DNA of 64,000 nt from an uncultured virus (IMG/VR IMGVR_UViG_3300042197_003121) (Duplodnaviria; Heunggongvirae; Uroviricota; Caudoviricetes). The notes below the pieces were generated by a model. That model did not search any database, was not told where the DNA came from, and worked only from the letters and a program-made list of their open reading frames with translations. Location: the IMG/VR virus record IMGVR_UViG_3300042197_003121; one strand, 5' to 3'. This document shows, piece by piece, positions 45,774 to 54,485 of this stretch. The position numbers and the translations under genes are program-made. Position 1 is the stretch's first letter. Every line of letters begins with the position of its first letter.

Positions 45774-46160
45774 ATGGCCACCCGTATTATTCAAGGTACT
45801 CTGGACACCTTCACCGTTGATTCCGGGGCCGACATTACCTACCTCGGTAACACAGCTGCTGGTTCGACTGGTGGCCTCGATGTACGTGCATTTCGGGTTA
45901 ATCCCTCGACCACTGGTGACATCATTGTTAATCTGGTGAACACGGTTGGCATCACCACCATGGAGATTTTCCAGGAGGATGCTTACACTGCTGCAAGCGC
46001 TCCGACTGGTTACCTGAAAGTTACAAATATTGCCAAAAACGGCAAGGGTAAGGGAGTTGTGGGTGTGACCGTCACTGACGCTACCAAAAACTACGTTGTA
46101 CTGTTAAATTTAGACGGTTACAGCGAAGTTCTGTACGATGGCGTCGTCACGGTCCCGTAA
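45774..46160 (+). CDS. Beta-rich putative virion protein
   Basis: Thr/Gly/Val-rich, biased codons. Confidence 0.6.
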   Translation: MATRIIQGTLDTFTVDSGADITYLGNTAAGSTGGLDVRAFRVNPSTTGDIIVNLVNTVGITTMEIFQEDAYTAASAPTGYLKVTNIAKNGKGKGVVGVTVTDATKNYVVLLNLDGYSEVLYDGVVTVP

Positions 46161-46884
46161 AAATCAAGAAGATTTAAGTGAATTCCCATTTTTAACTAAA
46201 AGGGGGATTGAATTAATCAAGAAATACACGACGCCCCGTACCTACATTGGTTTGGGGCGTTATGCTTCGTACAAAGATTACGGAGAAGATATCTGGCGGG
46301 TCGGCTATGGTAGTAAAAAGTTAAATAAAAGATGGGTTGGGGGTTATGAAAAGGTAACGCAAAAAGAGATTGATCTTCAACTGGTAGAAGATTTAAAAGA
46401 GTTTTCGGTGGATGTATCCAGGTATGTACATGTAAATCTTAATGACAACCGAAAGGCTGCAATTCTAAGCTTTGCTCACAGCTTAGGGATTCCAGGATTT
46501 AAAGAGTGTCGCCTTTTAAACTTGATTAACAGTTTGGCGTCAAAAACAGATATTATTCGTGAATGGAGCCCATACATTAACACCCTTTGGCGCTCTGGTG
46601 GCGAACAGTTTATTGAAAGAAGAAGGGTTGAATTAAATGTTTATTTAGCTGCAGACTTACAAATACCTACATACATTGAGCACAAGTGTAGAGTAAAACA
46701 ATGCCTTCTAAATCTTCCAGAAACATATACCGGTGCTCCAAATCAGATTAAGGCTATTGAGTATTTAGAGAAAAAATTTAATGAGTGGGATCCGACTGGA
46801 GAGGTTCAGCGTCGATTTTTTCGTTATTGGTCGGAGAAACCCAGTAGTCTAGGATCTTTGCCGCGTCAGGGCAAAAGTTTTTGA
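46138..46884 (+). CDS. Lysozyme-like protein, catalytic residues altered
   Basis: GIELIK, VGYG, LNDN..AA.LSF..LG, RR..E; lacks the FEG glutamate. Confidence 0.75.
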   Translation: MASSRSRKNQEDLSEFPFLTKRGIELIKKYTTPRTYIGLGRYASYKDYGEDIWRVGYGSKKLNKRWVGGYEKVTQKEIDLQLVEDLKEFSVDVSRYVHVNLNDNRKAAILSFAHSLGIPGFKECRLLNLINSLASKTDIIREWSPYINTLWRSGGEQFIERRRVELNVYLAADLQIPTYIEHKCRVKQCLLNLPETYTGAPNQIKAIEYLEKKFNEWDPTGEVQRRFFRYWSEKPSSLGSLPRQGKSF

Positions 46885-46947
46885 TGTCATCCAGAGCATC
46901 CCACAGTTGCAGTTCTGGAGAGTAATTCTCCAAAAATTCTTCATATT

Positions 46948-47253
46948 TCATGATACTACTGAGTCAAGGAGATTGTCATTCCGTTTCAATGCAATCTTAA
47001 GAAGAATAAGATAGCCAATCAAATCTTGAATCACATCCTCATCCGTGGCGACCAAACCTGCCCCACGTTTGATGCGACTCAGCTTATCGTCAATTCGGAC
47101 TAAGATCTGATCAATCGGGTGAGCTTGACTAAAAATCCGGCATGGTTCAAGCGCTGAGTCACCATACTTTTGATTTTTTTCGATCAGAAGCTGTTTGATG
47201 TCATCGCAAATCATTGAAATGTGCGTTTGGGTATCAAGCAAATACTTGGCCAT
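46948..47253 (-). CDS. Nucleotide-modification-associated (DUF1599-like) protein
   Basis: KN.KYGDS, ILVRIDDKLSRI, D...DLIGY.IL. Confidence 0.75.
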   Translation of the reverse strand: MAKYLLDTQTHISMICDDIKQLLIEKNQKYGDSALEPCRIFSQAHPIDQILVRIDDKLSRIKRGAGLVATDEDVIQDLIGYLILLKIALKRNDNLLDSVVS

Positions 47254-47267
47254 GCCAGAATAAATCC

Positions 47268-47492
47268 ATGGATTCGCAACTTAGTCAAGATTATAGCGTT
47301 GATTCCCGGTATCGGGGTCTTAAGCGAGCAGAGGATAACGACGCAGCAAAAAAATTTGTTAAGACTTTTTTGCAGCGGAAATCCGAGCGTGACAAATTAG
47401 CAATTGGTGCTGATTTGGCCCAAGAAGATCGCTTTTTTGTCGTTGGTCCAGGCCAGTCTCAATACACGTTCAGAAATGCATTCAGGGGTTAA
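47268..47492 (+). CDS. Hypothetical protein
   Basis: CCATG start, divergent from neighbour. Confidence 0.6.
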   Translation: MDSQLSQDYSVDSRYRGLKRAEDNDAAKKFVKTFLQRKSERDKLAIGADLAQEDRFFVVGPGQSQYTFRNAFRG

Positions 47493-48115
47493 CAAATAAT
47501 CTTCCCAATGTTGGAGAAAATTTCCTTAAATTTGTCTACTTGATTAAAACCTAATTGAAGTGGCGGTAAATAGATAAAATATCCCCAATACATGGGTGCT
47601 TGTAATCGAAATAATTTATCCCCTTGAATTAAATTTGATCGATCCGTTGGGATGCAAACAGGGTAATCCCACATCTCCGGTAAAATTCTCATCATTTCCG
47701 GATACGTGGTGTAAAACAGTGCTTCCGGAACATTCCTAAGTTTCCATTCTCTGAGTAAACGTTGAAACCAGATAACAGAAGGAGCTTTGGCTGCAGTTCC
47801 AGCTCTTAGGCTCCACCTCCAGGTTTGCCGTTCCGCATTAAAAGAGCATCGCCCATAAGTAGGAGGAAATAAATATACCTTACCGGTCCATGGAATCCCA
47901 ATGTTTAATCCATCATCCTCTAAAGTGTAGATCTTTTTGGCACGTAAAAATTGCGCATTAGCATGATGGGTCGAACAGGGATCTAAATCAATATCTCCCA
48001 GTAAGGCATCAATATAAGGTAGATATTCAACAGGCGTAAGCCAATCATGGGTAACATGTCGAACACGGCCAAGAATTTTTTTATATTCTGACCAAGGTAA
48101 TTTCTTTTTGTTCAC
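47489..48115 (-). CDS. Phage N6-adenine methyltransferase-like protein
   Basis: DW.TP, IDLDPCS, DDGL...W.G.VY; NPPY replaced by FPPTY. Confidence 0.75.
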   Translation of the reverse strand: MNKKKLPWSEYKKILGRVRHVTHDWLTPVEYLPYIDALLGDIDLDPCSTHHANAQFLRAKKIYTLEDDGLNIGIPWTGKVYLFPPTYGRCSFNAERQTWRWSLRAGTAAKAPSVIWFQRLLREWKLRNVPEALFYTTYPEMMRILPEMWDYPVCIPTDRSNLIQGDKLFRLQAPMYWGYFIYLPPLQLGFNQVDKFKEIFSNIGKIIC

Positions 48116-48516
48116 ATTTTCATGAAACTATGTTCTTGATTATCGTTCTTGTAATGAATTAAAGACATTTGATCTTTGTCTTGGATAATAAATAGCGACT
48201 CTTTTACGGGATCCACTAACTCTGCGCGTGCAATTGCTTTTTGCATTACCTCTGCTGGTCCCTGCATATCCCTACTATTGAAATCATTAAGCGCATTCAT
48301 TAATGCCTCTACAGGTAAATAAAACATGCTATTTTTTTCTGGAGCATCTGGTACATAAACGATTACCCCAGGACCTTCAATACTATGGAATCCACGAAAA
48401 TACTCAGCCATGTCTGAGCAAATCCGTTCAATTGTGACCTTGATCATTTTCTGCTCTTCCTCTGTTGGAGCAGACTTCATTAACTTATTAATTCGTTCTT
48501 GGCGTCGGTCGGTCAT
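48112..48516 (-). CDS. Hypothetical protein
   Basis: Coupled to the methylase gene. Confidence 0.7.
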   Translation of the reverse strand: MTDRRQERINKLMKSAPTEEEQKMIKVTIERICSDMAEYFRGFHSIEGPGVIVYVPDAPEKNSMFYLPVEALMNALNDFNSRDMQGPAEVMQKAIARAELVDPVKESLFIIQDKDQMSLIHYKNDNQEHSFMKM

Positions 48517-48537
48517 AAAAACTCCAATTGTAAAAGG

Positions 48538-49140
48538 TTAGCTAGCTTTGTCTAATTTGGCTGGATCGTCTTTTTTCTTAATCAGATGACCAAGACCAGA
48601 CTTTTTTAAGGTGTCAAGCAACTTTTGGGTTGGCATGTACAGTACCACAGCTTTGTTCATGTTGCCAATTTTTTTAATTAACTTTCCATTTTCATCCCGT
48701 AGCTTCGTGAGTTCCCCCTGGCGGATCAGGTACTCTGCTACACATCGGTAACGTCTTTTCTCAGCTAACCCGATTTCCGGATATCGATCACAGATGGTAC
48801 TGACTTTCATGTCACTAAATGTGATACGAATTTGGTCCGCCAAAGACAGTCCCATCATGAGATCCACTGTACTGGTCTCGTAATGGCAGACCAGCTCTAG
48901 GTAACGCCTAAGATCTTGAGTCTCGAAACTGCCTGAAGGTGGTAAAAAAATCTCAACTTGGTAGGCAAGTGAGGCTACCAACAGATCTTTGTAATTTTCA
49001 ACGGTTACTTGATTAATGTCTAAATTGGCAAAGCGGTAGCTCTGATAAGTGCGAGGAGCATCTTCATCAGGCTCATACTCCGTACGCTCTAAGACATCCA
49101 ACCAATCTTCAATTTCGCTTTTTGGCATACGGAGAACCAA
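48538..49140 (-). CDS. Hypothetical protein, possible winged-helix C-terminus
   Basis: 200-aa ORF; start uncertain. Confidence 0.65.
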   Translation of the reverse strand: MVLRMPKSEIEDWLDVLERTEYEPDEDAPRTYQSYRFANLDINQVTVENYKDLLVASLAYQVEIFLPPSGSFETQDLRRYLELVCHYETSTVDLMMGLSLADQIRITFSDMKVSTICDRYPEIGLAEKRRYRCVAEYLIRQGELTKLRDENGKLIKKIGNMNKAVVLYMPTQKLLDTLKKSGLGHLIKKKDDPAKLDKAS

Positions 49141-49142
49141 GT

Positions 49143-49529
49143 TTATGCAAGCTTAGCTAATTTTTTAGACTGTTCCCACTGTCTTTGGTGATCTAAGATT
49201 AGAACATACTCATAGTAGTCACGAAGTGGGCTCATGTGCTCCTTTATTGAGGTGACTTCATACCACTTGGGACCATAAATTTCTTTTAACCTTGCCGCGC
49301 ATTTGGCTTCTGACCCTCCATAGTTCTCGGCTTCCCAAACAGCCTTTGCCAATTGACATTGTTGTGGGGTCATGAGTTTGGTTTTCAACGATTCTGTGGA
49401 CACACCAGCGATAAACTCGCTAAACTCATCAATAAATGGAGACCGACCATCATGAAAAAATCCTTGACGTGGGCCGAGCTGATCTTGGTCCTCATCCTCG
49501 CCCCTATCGCCGTTACTGGTGTTCAGCAT
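49143..49529 (-). CDS. Hypothetical protein (true start probably downstream)
   Basis: 5' part overlaps a small + strand membrane ORF (MKKSLTWAELILVL, ends 49580). Confidence 0.5.
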   Translation of the reverse strand: MLNTSNGDRGEDEDQDQLGPRQGFFHDGRSPFIDEFSEFIAGVSTESLKTKLMTPQQCQLAKAVWEAENYGGSEAKCAARLKEIYGPKWYEVTSIKEHMSPLRDYYEYVLILDHQRQWEQSKKLAKLA

Positions 49530-49584
49530 TTGTACGGGTTTGTGACGGATAGAATCAGTATAGAAGTACGTGTCAAGTAAAACA

Positions 49585-50010
49585 ATGGGTTCCCCTCCTT
49601 CACCAACGGTGGTAATGCCTGCCCCGACTACGCCTACTTTTTTTAAATCGGTTATTCCTTTAGAATCATTTGAGGATTTAGCAGAAGTAAAAAAACGTGC
49701 AGAGCAAGAGACGGCTAAAATTCAATCTCAACGTTACCAAGAGGTAGGAACTCCCGCTGAAATTGGAGCTCGAACAGCGGGTCGGAGAGCTACTGAAGCT
49801 TCTTCTTATTTGGCATCACTCCCTGTTGTTGATAAATATTTACAAGAGATAACTGGAAACGTTGATCAATTTGATCCTGCATATAAAGCAGCCAAATCTC
49901 AATTAACTGAATCCGAAAAAGAGTACGCAAAAGCTCTTCAAAAAATTGGCGAAATACCAACTCCAACAATTAACGAAACACCCTCATGGGCTAAGCGAAC
50001 AATTACATAA
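49585..50010 (+). CDS. Putative internal virion protein
   Basis: MGSPPSPTVVMP resembles MGSPPPPTIVYS of 15315. Confidence 0.65.
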   Translation: MGSPPSPTVVMPAPTTPTFFKSVIPLESFEDLAEVKKRAEQETAKIQSQRYQEVGTPAEIGARTAGRRATEASSYLASLPVVDKYLQEITGNVDQFDPAYKAAKSQLTESEKEYAKALQKIGEIPTPTINETPSWAKRTIT

Positions 50011-50012
50011 GA

Positions 50013-50249
50013 CTAAATCTTTTCGGGTTCTGCGTCCGCCACGTATTCGACCGGCAACGGAAATGGGTCAATTTTAGGCTCTTTCACCCAGTCTTGGTAG
50101 GTGTCTTTTAAGACTTCGTACTCATCATACGGGATCAGCATCACGTCGTCACCATCTCTTTGAATACGATAATATTCTTTGTTATTAACGACATCATCGA
50201 GGATGGCGTCAAAATCAGCCTCTAACTGCTGAAGAGTGACGACTTTCAT
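50013..50249 (-). CDS. Phd/YefM-family antitoxin-like protein
   Basis: VTLQQLEADFDAILDDV......I.R.G.DVMLIPYDEYE. Confidence 0.8.
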   Translation of the reverse strand: MKVVTLQQLEADFDAILDDVVNNKEYYRIQRDGDDVMLIPYDEYEVLKDTYQDWVKEPKIDPFPLPVEYVADAEPEKI

Positions 50250-50290
50250 GATTTTGCCTAACAACTGTTAGTAGCTTAACAGATTTTTTA

Positions 50291-50962
50291 TTAAGCTGCC
50301 AGGGTTCCAAAGTCAATTATGGTTTCTGCGCTTTCTGTAATTAAAGCAAAATCAAGGCTATCCTCAACGGTTTCGGTGACAAATCGCCAATCTAGAACTG
50401 CAACGTTAATAGTAATAGAGTACGTTGTTTCTTGATACCTGATATCATTTGTTATCAAAAACATGTACTCACCAGGATCCAGTCTGGTGCTCGGGTAATC
50501 TAAAGTAACTAAGTCTTCTGAATCGTAATCAATACCAGTACTTTCGTAGACATACCCACTGTTATTAATAGGTAGTTCTACCCTATGGGTTCCGTCTGTT
50601 ATCTTGTAAAACGATAATAAAGTATTTCTGTTGGTATTAGATGAATACGAAAATTGACTGAAGTTTTGTGTAAATTGAATTGACCTAGGCCGATTAAGCT
50701 TTAATTTATAAAAAGTCGACTGTTTGCGACTCAATCCTCCATGGGTATTGCTTATCGTGATCGCACGGAAGACAGCAGAAAAATCGCCCAAATCAATGGG
50801 ATTGTAGATAGAATCGCCGTCAGCCTGAGGAAGTGGATCGCTCCCAAAGTAGGAATTTGGACCATATGCTGTAGGACCTGTACCACCTGTGGGGTAAGCC
50901 CAAACAGTGCCGAGGTTGTAAAATCCACTATTTTCAGGAATTGTCGACAGGAACCGAGCCAT
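50291..50962 (-). CDS. Beta-rich virion protein (PPC-like domain)
   Basis: FYKLKL.RP, LDPGEY.F.I, C-terminal DFG.L. Confidence 0.65.
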   Translation of the reverse strand: MARFLSTIPENSGFYNLGTVWAYPTGGTGPTAYGPNSYFGSDPLPQADGDSIYNPIDLGDFSAVFRAITISNTHGGLSRKQSTFYKLKLNRPRSIQFTQNFSQFSYSSNTNRNTLLSFYKITDGTHRVELPINNSGYVYESTGIDYDSEDLVTLDYPSTRLDPGEYMFLITNDIRYQETTYSITINVAVLDWRFVTETVEDSLDFALITESAETIIDFGTLAA

Positions 50963-51293
50963 CTTTTACGTTCAATCCTGTGTAGAGACCATTGGTTCTA
51001 CCTGATTGTTGATACATTTCTTCAATAATTATACTCCGATCAGGATAATAGCCCTCGTCCTGAACCGTTTTAATTGTTTCAAAACTTAACCGTTTCTCAA
51101 GGCAGCGCAACTCCAGCATCGCTTCTTCTTCGTCATCAAAGATTTCGGTGTAGTGATTTTCACCACCGATGCAGATGTGGCCGTAATATTTTTTTTCCTT
51201 GAGGTGATAATTAGTCGGAAGAATCTGACTGATTTTGGAGTTGACTTTCACGGTGATGCTGAAAGATGTTGGTGTGACGGAGTTTGACTTCAC
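50934..51293 (-). CDS. Hypothetical protein
   Basis: MY.QSGRTNGLYTGL motif; start uncertain. Confidence 0.55.
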   Translation of the reverse strand: MKSNSVTPTSFSITVKVNSKISQILPTNYHLKEKKYYGHICIGGENHYTEIFDDEEEAMLELRCLEKRLSFETIKTVQDEGYYPDRSIIIEEMYQQSGRTNGLYTGLNVKDGSVPVDNS

Positions 51294-52362
51294 CGGTCAT
51301 TTCTGGTTCAGGAAGATTTTTGATTTCCCGAATTGACAGGTGCTTTGGATTGCAACAAAAAGCGTGGCAGCTTGGCTTGTTGAAGACTTTGTATTTTCCA
51401 GTATATCCACGACTTAACCAAAATGCGACACGTGGTGCGGACTGAGTTTTGCCTGAGTGGAAAGGGCTCGGGAAATAAGCGATTGACTCGGTGTTGTCCC
51501 TGCGCGTGGTGCCTAACCAAGGCCAGCACTCATCTTCACCTTTGATGTCAACCTGTTCCCAGAAGCGCTTGACCGTCCAGTACCATTTATGATCGAACTG
51601 GGTTACGTCAACAGCACAGCGCCCCTTTTTGATTTCCTCCATGCAGTCCAAGCATTCTCCCATGAGTCCAAAGTTGCCTTTGTGCTTGTCGCTGCCTTTG
51701 TGGTGCCAGAGGCACTCTGATTCGTTTGCCACGTGGTAGGCGAGGTTGTAGCTTTTTGCCGCCTTGGGGTGATTTTGACAGATATTGGTGCAAGTTTCAA
51801 TGGTTTGGTCCCATAGCCGCTGGAGGTACTTTTCGCTGAAGTTCCCGTTATGACTGTTGTATGTGTTGTCTGAGCAGATGCGCCGCGCCGTGTGGTAGGC
51901 AATCTTGTACTTTCTTGACAGTCTCAAAATAGACTCACCCGCGTCTCTTTCCATCCGCATTTGCGCTGCTATCACCGCCGTCACTTCGTTTTGCTTTTTT
52001 TCTGCTTTTGGTTTGCGGATATTGTTTTCTAACGCGACATCACTTTTGGTTCCATAGTAGTAGTGGCTGGGATTCATGCAGTGAGAGGACTTGCAGATTC
52101 CTCTCCGCACCAGGATGGGCAGCTCGTCGGTGTAGTAGCGGCCTGTCATCGCTAACAGCAATGGACGGGCGTCCTGGCTGCGGTACAGGAGCTTGGATTT
52201 GTTGCAGGAGCTGAAGCCTTCAAAAACGGAGCTGCTGTACTGCCGAACACACCAGCACCGGTCGGGCCCCAGGACACGGAGGTTGACCTGGATGACTTTG
52301 GCGAACACAACCGCGTCATCGGTGGTGAGGCTGGATTCGCGGAAAAAACGTACGGGATCCAC
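51211..52362 (-). CDS. Protein with two HNH/His-Cys-box-like Zn domains and central HTH
   Basis: DRCW...C...HCMNPSH...GT and DECWPWLG...C...CCNPKHL. Confidence 0.7.
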   Translation of the reverse strand: MDPVRFFRESSLTTDDAVVFAKVIQVNLRVLGPDRCWCVRQYSSSVFEGFSSCNKSKLLYRSQDARPLLLAMTGRYYTDELPILVRRGICKSSHCMNPSHYYYGTKSDVALENNIRKPKAEKKQNEVTAVIAAQMRMERDAGESILRLSRKYKIAYHTARRICSDNTYNSHNGNFSEKYLQRLWDQTIETCTNICQNHPKAAKSYNLAYHVANESECLWHHKGSDKHKGNFGLMGECLDCMEEIKKGRCAVDVTQFDHKWYWTVKRFWEQVDIKGEDECWPWLGTTRRDNTESIAYFPSPFHSGKTQSAPRVAFWLSRGYTGKYKVFNKPSCHAFCCNPKHLSIREIKNLPEPEMTGEVKLRHTNIFQHHRESQLQNQSDSSD

Positions 52363-52472
52363 TGGGTTTTGGTGTGTTTCGAGATTTTAGGCTGAGATCG
52401 GTCTCGTGTCAACGGTTCTCATGCACTGCCAAAGTAATCGATGAAAAGGGGGTTTAACTCTTTAAATATTTG

Positions 52473-52795
52473 TTGGGTTAATCCTCTGACTGTACATTTT
52501 CAGCCCTTTTCAGCCCAATATACAGTCATAGGATTAACCCAACCCATACGGGGGAAGTGAAAACAGCCAAAAAAACGGATTGTCTTGTACGTCGATTAAA
52601 TCGACTGCACCGCAACGCATCTCAAGAAATTTTTGACTTTTCAACCAAAACCCACATGCGTTTTGACCCTTTTTTCGCCCGTTTTGACTCACAAATCTCA
52701 CTTGAGTCTCAAAATGGTCTTATTGGGTTAATCCTCTGACTGTATATTCCCCTGTTTTTGGGCATGTACAGTCAAAGTACTCCCCATATGCAGTC
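52473..52795. repeat. 22-bp direct and inverted repeats, origin-like
   Basis: TTGGGTTAATCCTCTGACTGTA at 52473 and 52723; inverted copy at 52521-52542 with 1 mismatch. Confidence 0.85.
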
Positions 52796-52820
52796 AAGGT
52801 TCAAACCCTATCACTCGGTC

Positions 52821-53030
52821 TTATTTTGCGTCCCTCAAGTCTTGCTCAATCGGTGGCTTAATCGCATAATTCTCTTCATACTGTGCGGCGTAAGCGACGG
52901 CAATATGGTGCGATTCAACCAATCGGCACATTGCTCCGGTGGTGCAACAAACTCGGTGGACGCAATGACCGTGTGAATCTTGTCCGAACTCAATTGTTGT
53001 ACCGTTTGGAAAAGTTTGAATAACTTCCAT
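52821..53030 (-). CDS. Small Cys/His protein
   Basis: HRVCC..GAMCR.VE.HH.A. Confidence 0.6.
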   Translation of the reverse strand: MEVIQTFPNGTTIEFGQDSHGHCVHRVCCTTGAMCRLVESHHIAVAYAAQYEENYAIKPPIEQDLRDAK

Positions 53031-53080
53031 CTGTCTATTTAGTTCTACTATTATTGTAAGAAAGAGATTGTTGTAATTAA

Positions 53081-53962
53081 GTGACTTATAGCGGCGGTCA
53101 GCGTTCTGCTAAAAAAGCAGCTCCAGCTGCACCTGGAAACGTTCTTCAAGGTGTTGCTGATTTCTTAAATCGTGCTGGAATTGGAGTTTCTCGTTCTGCT
53201 GCGGCTGCAGCACGGGGTCCTCGTTTAGTTCCTCTCAGGTCTGACCAGCTTCCTCCTGGAGCTTTCATGAAGGAAACGGGAGAAGTTCGAGGGATGTCTT
53301 CGGAAATGGTTCCCAAAGGTGGATACATGACTGAAACAGGTCGTGTTTACGTACCTGAAGGTTTTGCAGGATTTCAACGACAGGGTCCACCCGTTCCTGG
53401 TCGTCTGCAAAATGCTCCTGTCCCTCCAATTCTGCCTCCACCACCCACTCAAGTAGCAGCTGTAGCTCCTTCAGGAAATAGGGTATCTGCTCCTGGCCAA
53501 GGGACAACTCCTATCGTTCAATCCTCAGATGATCAATATCGTCAACTCCTGTCCCAGTATGGCGCTTTAACTAGGGCTGGCGAACAAGAAAAAGCTGAGA
53601 AGCTGGGTATGGAGATTTGGAACAAAAAATATGGTAAAACTGCTATGGCGCAACCGGGTGGGGCAGTCGGTGCATTTAATCCCTTAATGCAAGCAACTTT
53701 TGGTTACCAAGCAGGTGCTTCTACCACTAATCCGTCATACGCCGGTTCAAAAATCGGTAGCGAAGATTTTGCTGTGGCTGCCAACGCTGTTCCAGCACCT
53801 TGGAATCAGCAAGGTGCAATGGTTGACGCTGCACGTGGAGTAGAATTTCTTCAACCAGAACAAGCAAAATTTACGACTGGTGAAGGGATGCCTGCATTTC
53901 AAACCACAGGAGAAAAAGCAGAAGAATTTTTACGTAACGTCAAACTAGGTTCTTTATTCTGA
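53081..53962 (+). CDS. Low-complexity putative internal virion protein
   Basis: Pro/Ala/Gly-rich. Confidence 0.65.
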   Translation: MTYSGGQRSAKKAAPAAPGNVLQGVADFLNRAGIGVSRSAAAAARGPRLVPLRSDQLPPGAFMKETGEVRGMSSEMVPKGGYMTETGRVYVPEGFAGFQRQGPPVPGRLQNAPVPPILPPPPTQVAAVAPSGNRVSAPGQGTTPIVQSSDDQYRQLLSQYGALTRAGEQEKAEKLGMEIWNKKYGKTAMAQPGGAVGAFNPLMQATFGYQAGASTTNPSYAGSKIGSEDFAVAANAVPAPWNQQGAMVDAARGVEFLQPEQAKFTTGEGMPAFQTTGEKAEEFLRNVKLGSLF

Positions 53963-54309
53963 TGGGCGACAACGACTTCCCAGCAATGATGACAAACCCT
54001 GCAATAGGATTTTTACGATCTTACTTGCAAGGCTATCAAGATTATAGTCAGGCTGGTACAAATATTCCTGAGATGCGTCTTCAAGAGAAGTATGGCCAGG
54101 AACAGGGTGGTCCATTTGTCAGTGAACAACTGATTTCTGGTTCTCCTAGTTTTGACTTGCGGTATCCTAAAATGCCAGGTATTGGTACGAAACTGCAAAG
54201 TATTGAAGGAATTCCAAACGCTACGCCAGAATTAATTCGTAAATTTGTAGATCGGAAAACAAAAAATCCCGGAGGACAAGAACTCCCAGGATTTTTAAAA
54301 GGAGCCTAA
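53962..54309 (+). CDS. Hypothetical protein
   Basis: Coupled start. Confidence 0.65.
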   Translation: MGDNDFPAMMTNPAIGFLRSYLQGYQDYSQAGTNIPEMRLQEKYGQEQGGPFVSEQLISGSPSFDLRYPKMPGIGTKLQSIEGIPNATPELIRKFVDRKTKNPGGQELPGFLKGA

Positions 54310-54485
54310 TGCCTACACAACTAATCAAGAAGTATCTAGAAGAAGTTGCTCGCTGGATTAGAAATGATAACTCCTACGATGACTGGGAAGTAGGCATGGA
54401 ACCTATTCCTGGAGACAAGACTTGGTGTAAAAAATGCAAGTCGTGTTCTGTAAAATTGTAAGTAACGAATCAAATTAGATAGAAC

